From positions 83,503 to 107,502 of the forward strand of contig DAHVOW010000001.1 of assembly GCA_027318585.1 (NCBI GenBank): a stretch of DNA of 24,000 bases. Reading direction: 5' to 3'. Positions 1-8,043 of the stretch are shown here, in pieces. The stretch is from Methanobacteriaceae archaeon (GTDB lineage: Archaea > Methanobacteriota > Methanobacteria > Methanobacteriales > Methanobacteriaceae). The position numbers were made by a program, and so were the translations under genes. The notes under the pieces are model-generated. The model was not told the origin of the DNA. It did not search any database and was given only the letters and a program-made list of their open reading frames with translations. How positions within the stretch are numbered: position 1 is the first letter of the stretch; every line of letters begins with the position of its first letter.

Positions 1-742
1 GCATGTTGACATCAGTGATGGCCCAGCTTAAGACCGCATGATTGTAATCAACCGCAGCTTTAGCCACCTTCTTGTAGTCCAGATCGAGGTTGGCAGATGC
101 TAGAAGACATCTTTCTCCTTCAGCGGCAGCAGCAGCAGCTTCCAGGATCAGCGGATCTTTCTGAGGGTCACCGGATCCTCCCACCACCAATGGCACATCC
201 ACCGCCTGCAGCACTTCCTCTATATCCTGGGCCGCTTCACGGGGTGTTTTGTCCATGACCTTGGGGCCGGTTCCAATCAGGTGAATGGTTACCATGTTAG
301 CGCCGAATTCCTTAACCGCCTTTTTGGCCCAGTCACCAGGGTGGTCCATGACATCAGCAAAGTGTTCACGAATTGGCCGGGGCAGTCCGGGCATGGGAAT
401 ATCAAACACGTCAAAGGTCACCACTGGAGGATTAGGCTGCGGCTCCTCGAAACGGTACAAAGCTTTTTGTCCACCTAAAAATACTGGTTTGCGGGTTCCA
501 GCTCCCAGTTGAACCTCGGCTACCTCTCCAGGATAATCCTGTACTGGTGGTATAAATTCCAGGGCTTCCATCTTCTCGGAAACCTTCTTTACCATTGCCT
601 GTTGTTGAACAGCCTGCTGCATTACCCGTTGCATGGCTGGTGCCAGTTGCAGTTCTAGTTCATCAAAATCCATACGAAATTCATTTATTTCTACATAATC
701 CGTCTTTTCCAATAGTTTAAGAAGTTGCGATATTTTATCCAT
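1..742 (-). CDS. cdhD: CODH/ACS delta subunit CdhD (corrinoid Fe-S protein small subunit). N-terminal ~247 codons only; the 3' end runs off the window.
   Basis: Absent from the ORF track because it is open at the window edge. My translation from ATG 742..740 reads [22 protein letters not shown]...[54 protein letters not shown]...[23 protein letters not shown]...[15 protein letters not shown]. These blocks match remembered Methanosarcina CdhD ([50 protein letters not shown]). It sits after cdhC-cooC, as in known cdh operons. Confidence 0.9.
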   Translation of the reverse strand, partial: [247 protein letters not shown]

Positions 743-753
743 ATACCCACACC

Positions 754-1509
754 CTATTCTCTTAAAATTCGGGACAATATCCCGGATACTGCCTTTACAG
801 TATTAGAATCATCTGGTAATTCCACCAGAGGTTTACCCTCCAGATCGTATTCTGTGACCTCTTCATCTTCATGTACAATTCCCAAGATTTCAAGACCGGT
901 CTCCTGGGCCTTTTTAACAACCTCTTCCTCGATTTTAGGTCTTACCCTGTTCAAGATGAGATAAAGATCTTGGAATTTGATATCCAGTTCACCGGCCAGA
1001 TCTCCAATACGATGGGCAGTTAACATTCCCCTCTTGGAGTTGTCAGTAACCACCAGCATGACATCCACGTTCTGGGTGGTTCTTCGGCTCAAATGTTCCA
1101 GTCCGGCTTCGGTGTCAATGATGATGAGATCATAGTTTTCGGAAAGGTTCTCTATGATCTTGCGGAGCATGTTGTTAACCGCACAGTAGCATCCACTTCC
1201 TTCCGGGCGTCCCATGACCAGAAGATCGAATTCCGGAGTTTCAATAACGGACGCCATGATCTTGTAGTCCAGGATGTCCCATTTATTCATCCCGGTGGGA
1301 ATTTTACCCTGGGCCGTGTCTTTTTTGAGTTCTTCACGGACATCTCCCACGGTACGATCCACATCAACCCCCAGAGCTTCAGGAAGGTTGGAATCAGGGT
1401 CAGCATCTATGGCCAGGATATCTTTCCCAGTTTTTGACAACTCCTTTATGAGTAGGGATGATACCAGGGTCTTGCCGACTCCGCCCTTGCCACTGATTGC
1501 GATTATCAA
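754..1509 (-). CDS. cooC: CooC-type Ni-insertion accessory ATPase for CODH/ACS (MinD/ParA-fold P-loop NTPase)
   Basis: 251-aa ORF with deviant Walker A 'GKGGVGKT' at the N-terminus and the CxC metal motif 'GSGCYCAVNN'. It lies between cdhC and cdhD. TTG start at 1509 is preceded by GGAGA with a 6-nt spacer. Confidence 0.88.
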   Translation of the reverse strand: MIIAISGKGGVGKTLVSSLLIKELSKTGKDILAIDADPDSNLPEALGVDVDRTVGDVREELKKDTAQGKIPTGMNKWDILDYKIMASVIETPEFDLLVMGRPEGSGCYCAVNNMLRKIIENLSENYDLIIIDTEAGLEHLSRRTTQNVDVMLVVTDNSKRGMLTAHRIGDLAGELDIKFQDLYLILNRVRPKIEEEVVKKAQETGLEILGIVHEDEEVTEYDLEGKPLVELPDDSNTVKAVSGILSRILRE

Positions 1510-1551
1510 ATTAATTCTCCTTGATGAAATACCATATTCAGATGTTTTAAA

Positions 1552-2958
1552 TTATTTTCTTTTGATAATCACCTTCTCTGCGTAGACCTTAGCATTTTTG
1601 AAGATGATCTTCACACCACCCGATGCAGGCATGGTCAGTTCCGGAGCGAAAGCTACCGGAGCCATGGGCATGGCTTCCATACTCATCTCAGCATATGCAA
1701 CGGGTTCCTCCTCCAGAGCAGGATCTTCTTCCATTTCCTCCACATCTTCCGATACGCTTTCCAGCCTATCCATAATGGGATGTCCCTTTTCTTCCAGGAA
1801 AGCCCTCATTTCTTTTATGTTAGCGGCGTCCTCCTCGGTGGGGATTTTAGCTTTAAGATCCTCAGGGATGTACTCGGATAAGGATTCCTTTATCTCCTTA
1901 GGTAACCATATTATCCGCTCGTATCCTCCGTCGGCTTGTAAGAATTTCGGTGAACGCATGTATTCCAAGCTGAGTCCAGTAAACCCTTCCACTTGTTTTC
2001 CACCAGAACATTGTCCGGCCATTGCTGAAAATGGTATGCCCAGCGGTGTTTCTCCCCTGAAGTCCCGGTCCACTATCCCAATACCGTCCAGCTCAGGAAT
2101 GTAGAAGGCTACTGCCTCGAAACATCCGCAGGAGGTGTGGGGGTGTCCGAACACACTGTGCAGGTACACGGTGTCAAAGGTACCTTGAGATCGCTCGGCT
2201 ACTACTTCATTAACGGTGGTGTATTCCCCTTTAACTTCGTCTAAAACTTCACCTTTACCAATTTCAAATATAGGGCCGTCAGGATCCATTTTAGCTGCAG
2301 CCCGGCAGTCGAACCAGTTAATGGCACCACACAGGGCAGTACGATCCGGGGTGACAACACACACGTGGGTGGGTGCAAAGGACTGGCACATCACACAACC
2401 GTAGAAAACATCCACATCCTCATCCGAGAGTTCACGAGCCCGGGCATCCCTCTGTTCATACTGAGCACGTGCTTTTTCCACAAATTCTTTGACCTTATCT
2501 TCTTCGGTCATGATGGTAATGGCTATGGCTTCAATGATGGGATATTCCTCTTTGAATAAAATTGATAGAGCCTTGGCCAGATCTTCCAGTTTAAATCCTG
2601 CTTCCAGAGCTTCTTTACTCACCCGGCACCAGATCTGGTCTCTCTGGTTTAAGTGCATGAACCCTTTTATGTAGTTGCATAGTTCGTGGGTTCTGCGCTC
2701 TATAACGCCCTCCAGTTCCTTTTCCAAGGCTTCTCCCTGAATTTCAATTAGTATACCCAGGGTGTGGATGTCCCCTTCTTGCATATCCTGCAGTTCAGGA
2801 CCTATGACCTCCAACTTACCATCCTCAACATTGTCTTCCACTTGAACCAGCTCGGCACCCAATGATTTGGGACCAGCCAGTTCCACAAACATGTTAGCGG
2901 ATCTTATTCTTTCACCCTCATACATGGGGCTTACATCAACCGGTATATCCTCAAACAT
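1552..2958 (-). CDS. cdhC: CODH/ACS beta subunit CdhC (acetyl-CoA synthase, A-cluster subunit)
   Basis: 468-aa ORF. Contains the Cys-Gly-Cys A-cluster motif 'HTSCGCFEAVAFY' and upstream cysteines 'GCVMCQSFAPTHVCVVTPDR'. GGAGGA RBS precedes ATG 2958. Operon context supports the call. Confidence 0.95.
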   Translation of the reverse strand: MFEDIPVDVSPMYEGERIRSANMFVELAGPKSLGAELVQVEDNVEDGKLEVIGPELQDMQEGDIHTLGILIEIQGEALEKELEGVIERRTHELCNYIKGFMHLNQRDQIWCRVSKEALEAGFKLEDLAKALSILFKEEYPIIEAIAITIMTEEDKVKEFVEKARAQYEQRDARARELSDEDVDVFYGCVMCQSFAPTHVCVVTPDRTALCGAINWFDCRAAAKMDPDGPIFEIGKGEVLDEVKGEYTTVNEVVAERSQGTFDTVYLHSVFGHPHTSCGCFEAVAFYIPELDGIGIVDRDFRGETPLGIPFSAMAGQCSGGKQVEGFTGLSLEYMRSPKFLQADGGYERIIWLPKEIKESLSEYIPEDLKAKIPTEEDAANIKEMRAFLEEKGHPIMDRLESVSEDVEEMEEDPALEEEPVAYAEMSMEAMPMAPVAFAPELTMPASGGVKIIFKNAKVYAEKVIIKRK

Positions 2959-3003
2959 CCAATTTCCTCCGTTCGTCCTCTTTTTGTGCTAAATAATATC
3001 TAA

Positions 3004-3519
3004 CTACTGTCCTGCCATCTTGGCCAGATACTTCAACCATTCTTCGTCTTTCATGTTGGGAAAAGATGCATCCGCATTGGAATGGAAGAACTTGCAGATG
3101 GTCAGCGTTTTAAGATGAGGTGCAAAGTGTTTTAAACTGGATAATCCCTGGGAAGCCAGATAGTAGATGCATCCTAAAAATATTACCAGATCATGTTGTC
3201 CTTCACCATTCACTCCCTTCCATTCCGGGTCTTTAAGGAGATTTACGATTTCTACAGCACCATAAGCTGTTGAATCAAGTCCTTTTTCATTAAAGGCCTT
3301 GTAGGCATTCCCGGTAGTTACCACCGGAAGGTCCCATTTTTCAGCGATTCCTACCGCCAGTGAAAGGAGTGGTTCCTCCTTAACCAGGGGCCCTAACACG
3401 AATAATGGTCTTTTTGATTTTCTTATCATTAATTCGGCTGTTTCTGGTGTAACCATCAAGGCCTGTTTTGGTCCGGCAATCACCGTTGGCTGCCAGGGTA
3501 TTACTCGGTCGTTACTCAT
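3004..3519 (-). CDS. cdhB: CODH/ACS epsilon subunit CdhB
   Basis: 171-aa ORF whose ATG directly abuts the cdhA stop (3520-3522). Size and position are typical of CdhB. I know no diagnostic motif, so this is mainly a call from operon order. Confidence 0.85.
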   Translation of the reverse strand: MSNDRVIPWQPTVIAGPKQALMVTPETAELMIRKSKRPLFVLGPLVKEEPLLSLAVGIAEKWDLPVVTTGNAYKAFNEKGLDSTAYGAVEIVNLLKDPEWKGVNGEGQHDLVIFLGCIYYLASQGLSSLKHFAPHLKTLTICKFFHSNADASFPNMKDEEWLKYLAKMAGQ

Positions 3520-5859
3520 TTAATCACCATCCATTCCCATTAGAGATGGTTCCTGGGCGATTTTCCGGGGTTCCCATCCCACTTCTTCCAAGACCTTCTG
3601 AACGTCTTTTTTGTAGGTGATGGGAATATCCTTCTCATTTCGGATGAACAAATGAACATCCGGAGCTAATCTTCCAAAGTAACGTTTATAAAGGTCCAGA
3701 TAGTTGTTTAATTTGATTTGCCTGCCTTTAGCAGTGTCAGTGGGCCGGATGCACAATTTGGCTATCATAGGTAGTGCTTCCTCCCTGGTTTCAGCCGCGT
3801 ATAACAAATGCTCCGGTGCAGGTTCCCCTTCCAGGACTTCGCCAGTACGGAGATCCTTTATCTTCCATGATTCTTTCTTATCGGCCCGTCCCAGGTAAAG
3901 TCTACGATACTTAGAGCCGTGAGGTCCTAAAACCACCGGTATACCCCACCGGTTAACTCCAGTGGCAATGGCAGCGGCTTTCTGACTGTAAGCTCCCCAG
4001 GCCACTCCGCAGGCTCCAACCCGGTTCAGGATGTAGTCCGCTATTTCCTCGAAGTTTCCTTCCAGGGGTTTCTTGGCGAATATGTTAGCGACCTTGATGG
4101 TGGCACCCACAACGTGGGAGTTCGATACACAGGAACCCATATTTACCAGTCCACGGGCGTCGAAGTCACCACTGTACTGTTCGTAGAGGGTCTTTCCTTC
4201 CTCATCCTTGTATTCACCAATGGACATGGCTCCACAGCCGGTAGTTAGGACGATATAGTTACGCTCCAAGAACTCCTTGGCCATCTCGGCCACTTCCTTC
4301 CCACCTTCCGGATAGTTAGAACATCCCACGAATGCTATTACACCGGGAATGTCCCCTAATACAAGAGGGGCTCCTACTTTACGAATTTCAACATCCTGGG
4401 CAGGTCCGCGACCAGCACGGATGGTGAATTTCTCTTCTTTAGAAAGTCTTTCACCAACCTTAGCCAGCATGGACATCAGTGGTAATTCTCTTTCACATTC
4501 CTGTTCACATCGTCCGCAGGTGTAGCACACATCCGTGAGATAAAGGTTTTCAAATCCGGTAAAATCACCAGTGGCCGCTCCGGTCACCGCTTCCATCATG
4601 GGCTGGCTGTTGGGACAGACCCTCTGACACCAGCCACATTCTGTGCACTCCGCTGCTAATTTTTGTATTTCATCCAGGTCCGGCAACATTTTCATGTTTG
4701 CTCTTTCTGGAGACAGTATATTGGCGGTTTTAACCGCTATTTCCCCTAATTTTTCCGGATCCAGTATTAAAGCTCCCTCTATTTCCTTATTAACCAGTTT
4801 AGAAACTACTTTATCGGCATCTTCATCGGTCAGATCTGGTAATCCTAAGCAGATTTTATCGGTGGTGGCCAATACTGCCGTGTTTTTGGCCTGGGCCTCC
4901 TCCAAGACATCAGTACGCACACACTGTTCATCAACCACTATTACATCCGCTACACCACTGCGCACGAATTTAAGCTGTTTAGACATGGGGCCAACCACTT
5001 TAGCCCGGTTGTTGTAACGGCTAATATCGATGGCTGCACAACATATACCACAGACTTCCAGGTCTTCTTCCTGTCCGGTTTCATCCATGTAATCCATGAT
5101 TCCAGCGCCGGGCAGTACGTTGTGACCGATGCATAAAATTACTGGCTTTTCAGTTTGAATGGTTCCCACTCCCAACTCTACCAGTGGAGCGTCTTCATCA
5201 CCCTTTGGCAAATTCAAGGCAGCAATTTGGGCAATATCACCTATCTCCATTCCTAAGTTGTCCATTAGGCCAGCGTGAAGGGCTTTTGATTCAAAATCAA
5301 TTGATTTTCCTTCTTGCCCCGTGTGACAGGCGGATAGAAGATGGATCATCTGTTCCTCCAAATAATCCAGGGCTTCCTTCAGATCACCCAAGTTCTTGGG
5401 TGTTTTACCCAGAACCGTCATCATGATCGGGGCTTCGATGTCGATGTTCATCCCCATATCAATGGGATGATCCGCCCCAAACTCATGGATCAGATGGTCC
5501 ACCAGGTGGCGGGAGTGACCAGAATGACAAGCTGAACCAATACAACTGGCCAGTAAAACGGTTCGAGCCTGTTGAGCAGCGGCGTCGATTCCACACGCGC
5601 CTTTTTTGCCGTTCAGGTCACATTTCCCGAAAGTACACAAACAGCACATATCACAGAAAGGTGCGTAGAATGGTTCATACCGATCCAGCAGCTTCATGTC
5701 CCAGGACCTTAAGTCAGTAATGCTAGGCTTGGGAGTTGGTCCTGAAGGAATTTCTTCTACTGATTTAGCTCCTTCATTTTCCTCTATCTCCCCGATAGAG
5801 ATTTTTATATCCTTTGATTTCCAGAAATCATCCTTCATCTCTTTTGGTTTAGGTGCCAC
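3520..5859 (-). CDS. cdhA: CODH/ACS alpha subunit CdhA (Ni-Fe-S carbon monoxide dehydrogenase catalytic subunit)
   Basis: The maximal ORF is 3520..5871 (783 aa). It carries N-terminal Cys clusters '[15 protein letters not shown]...GACGID' and two ferredoxin-like 4Fe-4S motifs, '[15 protein letters not shown]' and '[12 protein letters not shown]'. I can align it throughout to remembered Methanosarcina CdhA. The start is ambiguous: TTG 5871, GTG 5859 (4 nt after a perfect GGTGAT SD at 5869..5864; my preferred call), or ATG 5838. Confidence 0.95.
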   Translation of the reverse strand: MAPKPKEMKDDFWKSKDIKISIGEIEENEGAKSVEEIPSGPTPKPSITDLRSWDMKLLDRYEPFYAPFCDMCCLCTFGKCDLNGKKGACGIDAAAQQARTVLLASCIGSACHSGHSRHLVDHLIHEFGADHPIDMGMNIDIEAPIMMTVLGKTPKNLGDLKEALDYLEEQMIHLLSACHTGQEGKSIDFESKALHAGLMDNLGMEIGDIAQIAALNLPKGDEDAPLVELGVGTIQTEKPVILCIGHNVLPGAGIMDYMDETGQEEDLEVCGICCAAIDISRYNNRAKVVGPMSKQLKFVRSGVADVIVVDEQCVRTDVLEEAQAKNTAVLATTDKICLGLPDLTDEDADKVVSKLVNKEIEGALILDPEKLGEIAVKTANILSPERANMKMLPDLDEIQKLAAECTECGWCQRVCPNSQPMMEAVTGAATGDFTGFENLYLTDVCYTCGRCEQECERELPLMSMLAKVGERLSKEEKFTIRAGRGPAQDVEIRKVGAPLVLGDIPGVIAFVGCSNYPEGGKEVAEMAKEFLERNYIVLTTGCGAMSIGEYKDEEGKTLYEQYSGDFDARGLVNMGSCVSNSHVVGATIKVANIFAKKPLEGNFEEIADYILNRVGACGVAWGAYSQKAAAIATGVNRWGIPVVLGPHGSKYRRLYLGRADKKESWKIKDLRTGEVLEGEPAPEHLLYAAETREEALPMIAKLCIRPTDTAKGRQIKLNNYLDLYKRYFGRLAPDVHLFIRNEKDIPITYKKDVQKVLEEVGWEPRKIAQEPSLMGMDGD

Positions 5860-5912
5860 ATATATCACCAATTATTAATGATTTATAATGATATTTTGAG
5901 ATTTGTAGTGAT

Positions 5913-5928
5913 CTATATATATAAATTT
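5913..5928 (-). promoter_or_regulatory. BRE/TATA-like promoter element for the cdh operon
   Basis: The minus strand reads AAATTTATATATATAG, matching the methanogen TATA consensus TTTATATA. It lies about 45-60 nt upstream of the candidate cdhA starts. Confidence 0.55.
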
Positions 5929-5930
5929 TG

Positions 5931-6141
5931 CGTATTACTTCTCTGCCGAAAAATGACATTTTCGGTATTAATTTTTTATTACTAAAAATATTGAAAAAAA
6001 GCATTTAGTAATACTAATGGAAACCTTTATATGATTACAAACAAAACTTCATTTTACCAGTCCAAATCAAATTCAAGGCCTTTAAATGGAGTATTACAGA
6101 GTTCACCTATTTTGGCCATGAAGTAATACTGGTTGTCATGG
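5931..6141. promoter_or_regulatory. Cluster of candidate operator sites in the cdhA/nikM divergent spacer: four AGTA(A/T)TACT palindromes plus two longer inverted repeats
   Basis: Palindrome sites: 5931-5939 CGTATTACT, 6007-6015 AGTAATACT, 6090-6098 AGTATTACA, 6122-6130 AGTAATACT. Inverted repeat CCGAAAA-N6-TTTTCGG at 5946-5965. Inverted repeat CCATGA-N14-TCATGG at 6116-6141. All were read directly from the sequence. Confidence 0.5.
6021..6034 (+). promoter_or_regulatory. BRE/TATA-like promoter element for the cbiM/nikM operon
   Basis: AAACCTTTATATGA has its TATA core at 6026-6033. This implies a transcription start near 6055-6060 and a ~110-nt leader before ATG 6167. Confidence 0.45.
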
Positions 6142-6166
6142 TGTGAAATATAGTTGGAGGGAAAAT

Positions 6167-6835
6167 ATGCATATACCAGATGGTTTTATTCCGTTGTGGC
6201 AGTGTGCGATCTACTGGATCATTGCCATTGTAGCGATCGGTTTTGCCCTTAGATGGGCCAGAGAAAACTTGGACGAACGAAACATACCCCTACTGGCCGT
6301 TCTGGCCGCAGGTATATTCGCCATTCAAGCCATGAACATACCTATACCCTGGGGAACCAGTGGGCATATGGTAGGCGCAGCATTGATAGCAATTATATTT
6401 TTCAGTCCCTGGGCTGCAGTACTGGTTTTATCCATTGTACTAATATTACAGGGATTGATATTCGGTGACGGGGGAATGACAGCTCTTGGAGCTAACATCG
6501 TCAACATGGGAATTATAGGAGGTTTCGTTGGATTCTATGCCTACAAGGCGTTGAAGGGAGTTGGAAGGATACCGGCAATCTTTCTGGCTGGATGGGCATC
6601 CATATTCCTGGCTGCCATTGCATGTGCCATAGAAATGGCCTGGGCCGGAACATTCCCACTGGCAGAAGGAATCATTTTCATGGGACTTTATCACGCTGTG
6701 ATTGGAGTCATTGAAGGTGTCATCTCTGTTGTAGTGGTCCTGGGCATTGATAGTGTTCGTTCGGATCTGTTAGCTGACTGGGTTAGCAGTAATAAACAAG
6801 GCACTCTCAACACTAAACAGGAGGTAGCGAAATGA
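6167..6835 (+). CDS. cbiM: ECF transporter substrate-capture component CbiM/NikM (Ni/Co uptake)
   Basis: The track ORF starts at GTG 6143. However, ATG 6167 is preceded by GGAGGG (6156-6161) and gives the family-typical N-terminus MHIPDGF. 'GTSGH' then places a His at residue 67. The protein is polytopic and hydrophobic throughout. Confidence 0.9.
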   Translation: MHIPDGFIPLWQCAIYWIIAIVAIGFALRWARENLDERNIPLLAVLAAGIFAIQAMNIPIPWGTSGHMVGAALIAIIFFSPWAAVLVLSIVLILQGLIFGDGGMTALGANIVNMGIIGGFVGFYAYKALKGVGRIPAIFLAGWASIFLAAIACAIEMAWAGTFPLAEGIIFMGLYHAVIGVIEGVISVVVVLGIDSVRSDLLADWVSSNKQGTLNTKQEVAK

Positions 6836-7134
6836 ACACCCAAAATCGTAACCTGGTTATGGGTGGCCTTGCTATCGCCATAGTTATAGCTATTTTGGCA
6901 CCATTTTTGGCATCCAGCAATCCTGATGGACTCGAAAGTACAGCAGAGAGTCTGGAAGTGCCTGAATCTGAAGCAGTATTTGAATCACCCTTACCCGACT
7001 ACGCCATACCGGGAATGGAAGATAATCCCTGGGGCGGTGTTGTCTCCTTAATTCTAGGTGTCATATTAGTGGTAATGGTGATGTTAGGGTTGACAAAATT
7101 ACTAGGGAAAAGAAAAGGGAAAGGTCCAGAATAA
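6832..7134 (+). CDS. Small two-TM PDGLE-domain protein, a NikN/CbiN-like auxiliary component of the ECF Ni/Co transporter
   Basis: 100-aa ORF overlapping the cbiM stop (ATGA), with a GGAGGT RBS. An N-terminal TM is followed by '[10 protein letters not shown]' (the PDGLE motif), then a C-terminal TM and a basic tail. Confidence 0.75.
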   Translation: MNTQNRNLVMGGLAIAIVIAILAPFLASSNPDGLESTAESLEVPESEAVFESPLPDYAIPGMEDNPWGGVVSLILGVILVVMVMLGLTKLLGKRKGKGPE

Positions 7135-7137
7135 TTA

Positions 7138-7169
7138 AGGAGCTTGTTTTTAAGCTCCTAAACTTTTTT
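7138..7169 (+). terminator. Hairpin plus T6 tract between the nikN-like gene and cbiQ; a candidate internal terminator or attenuator
   Basis: AGGAGCTT (7138-7145), loop GTTTTT, AAGCTCCT (7152-7159), then AAAC-TTTTTT (7164-7169). The 8-bp stem is a perfect match and starts 4 nt after the stop codon. Confidence 0.4.
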
Positions 7170-7198
7170 AATATTATTAAGTGACAGAAGAGATTTAT

Positions 7199-7987
7199 AT
7201 GGAAGGACTGGCAGAGATCGATAGAGAGGCGCGTAAAGAAAGCTTCATACACAACCTGGATGGAAGGATCAAACTCATATCCTCATTGTTAATCATAATA
7301 TATGCAGTTTCCAGTACCAACCTCATGATTCTGGCTATAATGGAAGTGTACCTTTTAATTTTGATTTCAATATCCAATATAACTCCCAAATATGCTTTAA
7401 AACGAATCGCACTCATCATTCCATTTGGAGGATTCGTGGCCCTTATTCAACCATTCTTTCAACCAGGAAATGTTATCTGGACCGGGCTCTTTGGCTGGTT
7501 ACAGATTACAGATTATGGGCTCTTTTTTGGAGCCTTACTCTTGTTTAGAATGGTAGTAGCAGTGACAGCTATTGTCTTTTTATCATCGTCCACTTCCATG
7601 CAGGATTTGGTGGCCTCTGCACAGCGATTGGGTGTTCCGCACCAGTTGGCTATGTTACTCAACCTCACCGTTAGATACCTATTTTTCTTCTACGATCAAC
7701 TTGAGAATATATTAAATGCCCAATCCACCCGTTGCTTTGATATATTCAGTAACAAAACCTCATATAAGTGGAGGCTAAGAAAAGTAGGAGAAACAATAAC
7801 TATGATGTTTCTTCGGGCCTTTGAACAGGGAGAAAAGGTATATCTGAGCATGATGTCTCGGGGTTACTCTGAAAACACCAGTACATACCGGGCAAAAACA
7901 AGTCTAGATTCTAAAGATTATGTATTCTTCAGCGCAACAGTGTTGGTTATACTGGGTCTGCAATTTGTAAACATGTTCTTTCTTTAA
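7199..7987 (+). CDS. cbiQ: ECF transporter transmembrane (T) component CbiQ/EcfT
   Basis: The track ORF is 7181..7987 (GTG start); ATG 7199 is an alternative. The N-terminal 'LDGRIKLISSLLIII' resembles the CbiQ 'LDPRxKL' start. The protein is multi-TM and follows cbiM/N. Neither start has a clear SD. Confidence 0.8.
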   Translation: MEGLAEIDREARKESFIHNLDGRIKLISSLLIIIYAVSSTNLMILAIMEVYLLILISISNITPKYALKRIALIIPFGGFVALIQPFFQPGNVIWTGLFGWLQITDYGLFFGALLLFRMVVAVTAIVFLSSSTSMQDLVASAQRLGVPHQLAMLLNLTVRYLFFFYDQLENILNAQSTRCFDIFSNKTSYKWRLRKVGETITMMFLRAFEQGEKVYLSMMSRGYSENTSTYRAKTSLDSKDYVFFSATVLVILGLQFVNMFFL

Positions 7988-7997
7988 AAATTAAAAA

Positions 7998-8015
7998 TGT
8001 TCCCCATCGGGAACA
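7998..8015. terminator. Hairpin between convergent genes cbiQ and the pilus platform gene
   Basis: TGTTCCC (7998-8004), loop CATC, GGGAACA (8009-8015). On the minus-strand transcript the hairpin is followed directly by TTTTTAATTTTT. Confidence 0.4.
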
Positions 8016-8043
8016 GTACAGTATACTACTTTTCAATATATTT

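Noticed and set aside
123-140. Short GCN trinucleotide run (gcggcagcagcagcagct).
   Set aside because: It simply encodes the Ala run (EAAAAAAE) in CdhD. It is not a meaningful repeat element.
1093-5017. Plus-strand track ORFs inside the cdh operon (1093-1437, 1274-1585, 1598-2104, 2216-2674, 3704-3898 and 4643-5017).
   Set aside because: All lie antisense to long ORFs with strong family motifs. Their products are Ser/Leu/Gly-rich low-complexity sequences typical of shadow frames. None has an RBS.
7061-7252. 63-aa minus-strand ORF spanning the nikN-cbiQ junction.
   Set aside because: It lies antisense to two supported genes in AT-rich sequence, has no RBS, and the hairpin/T-tract explains the spacer better.
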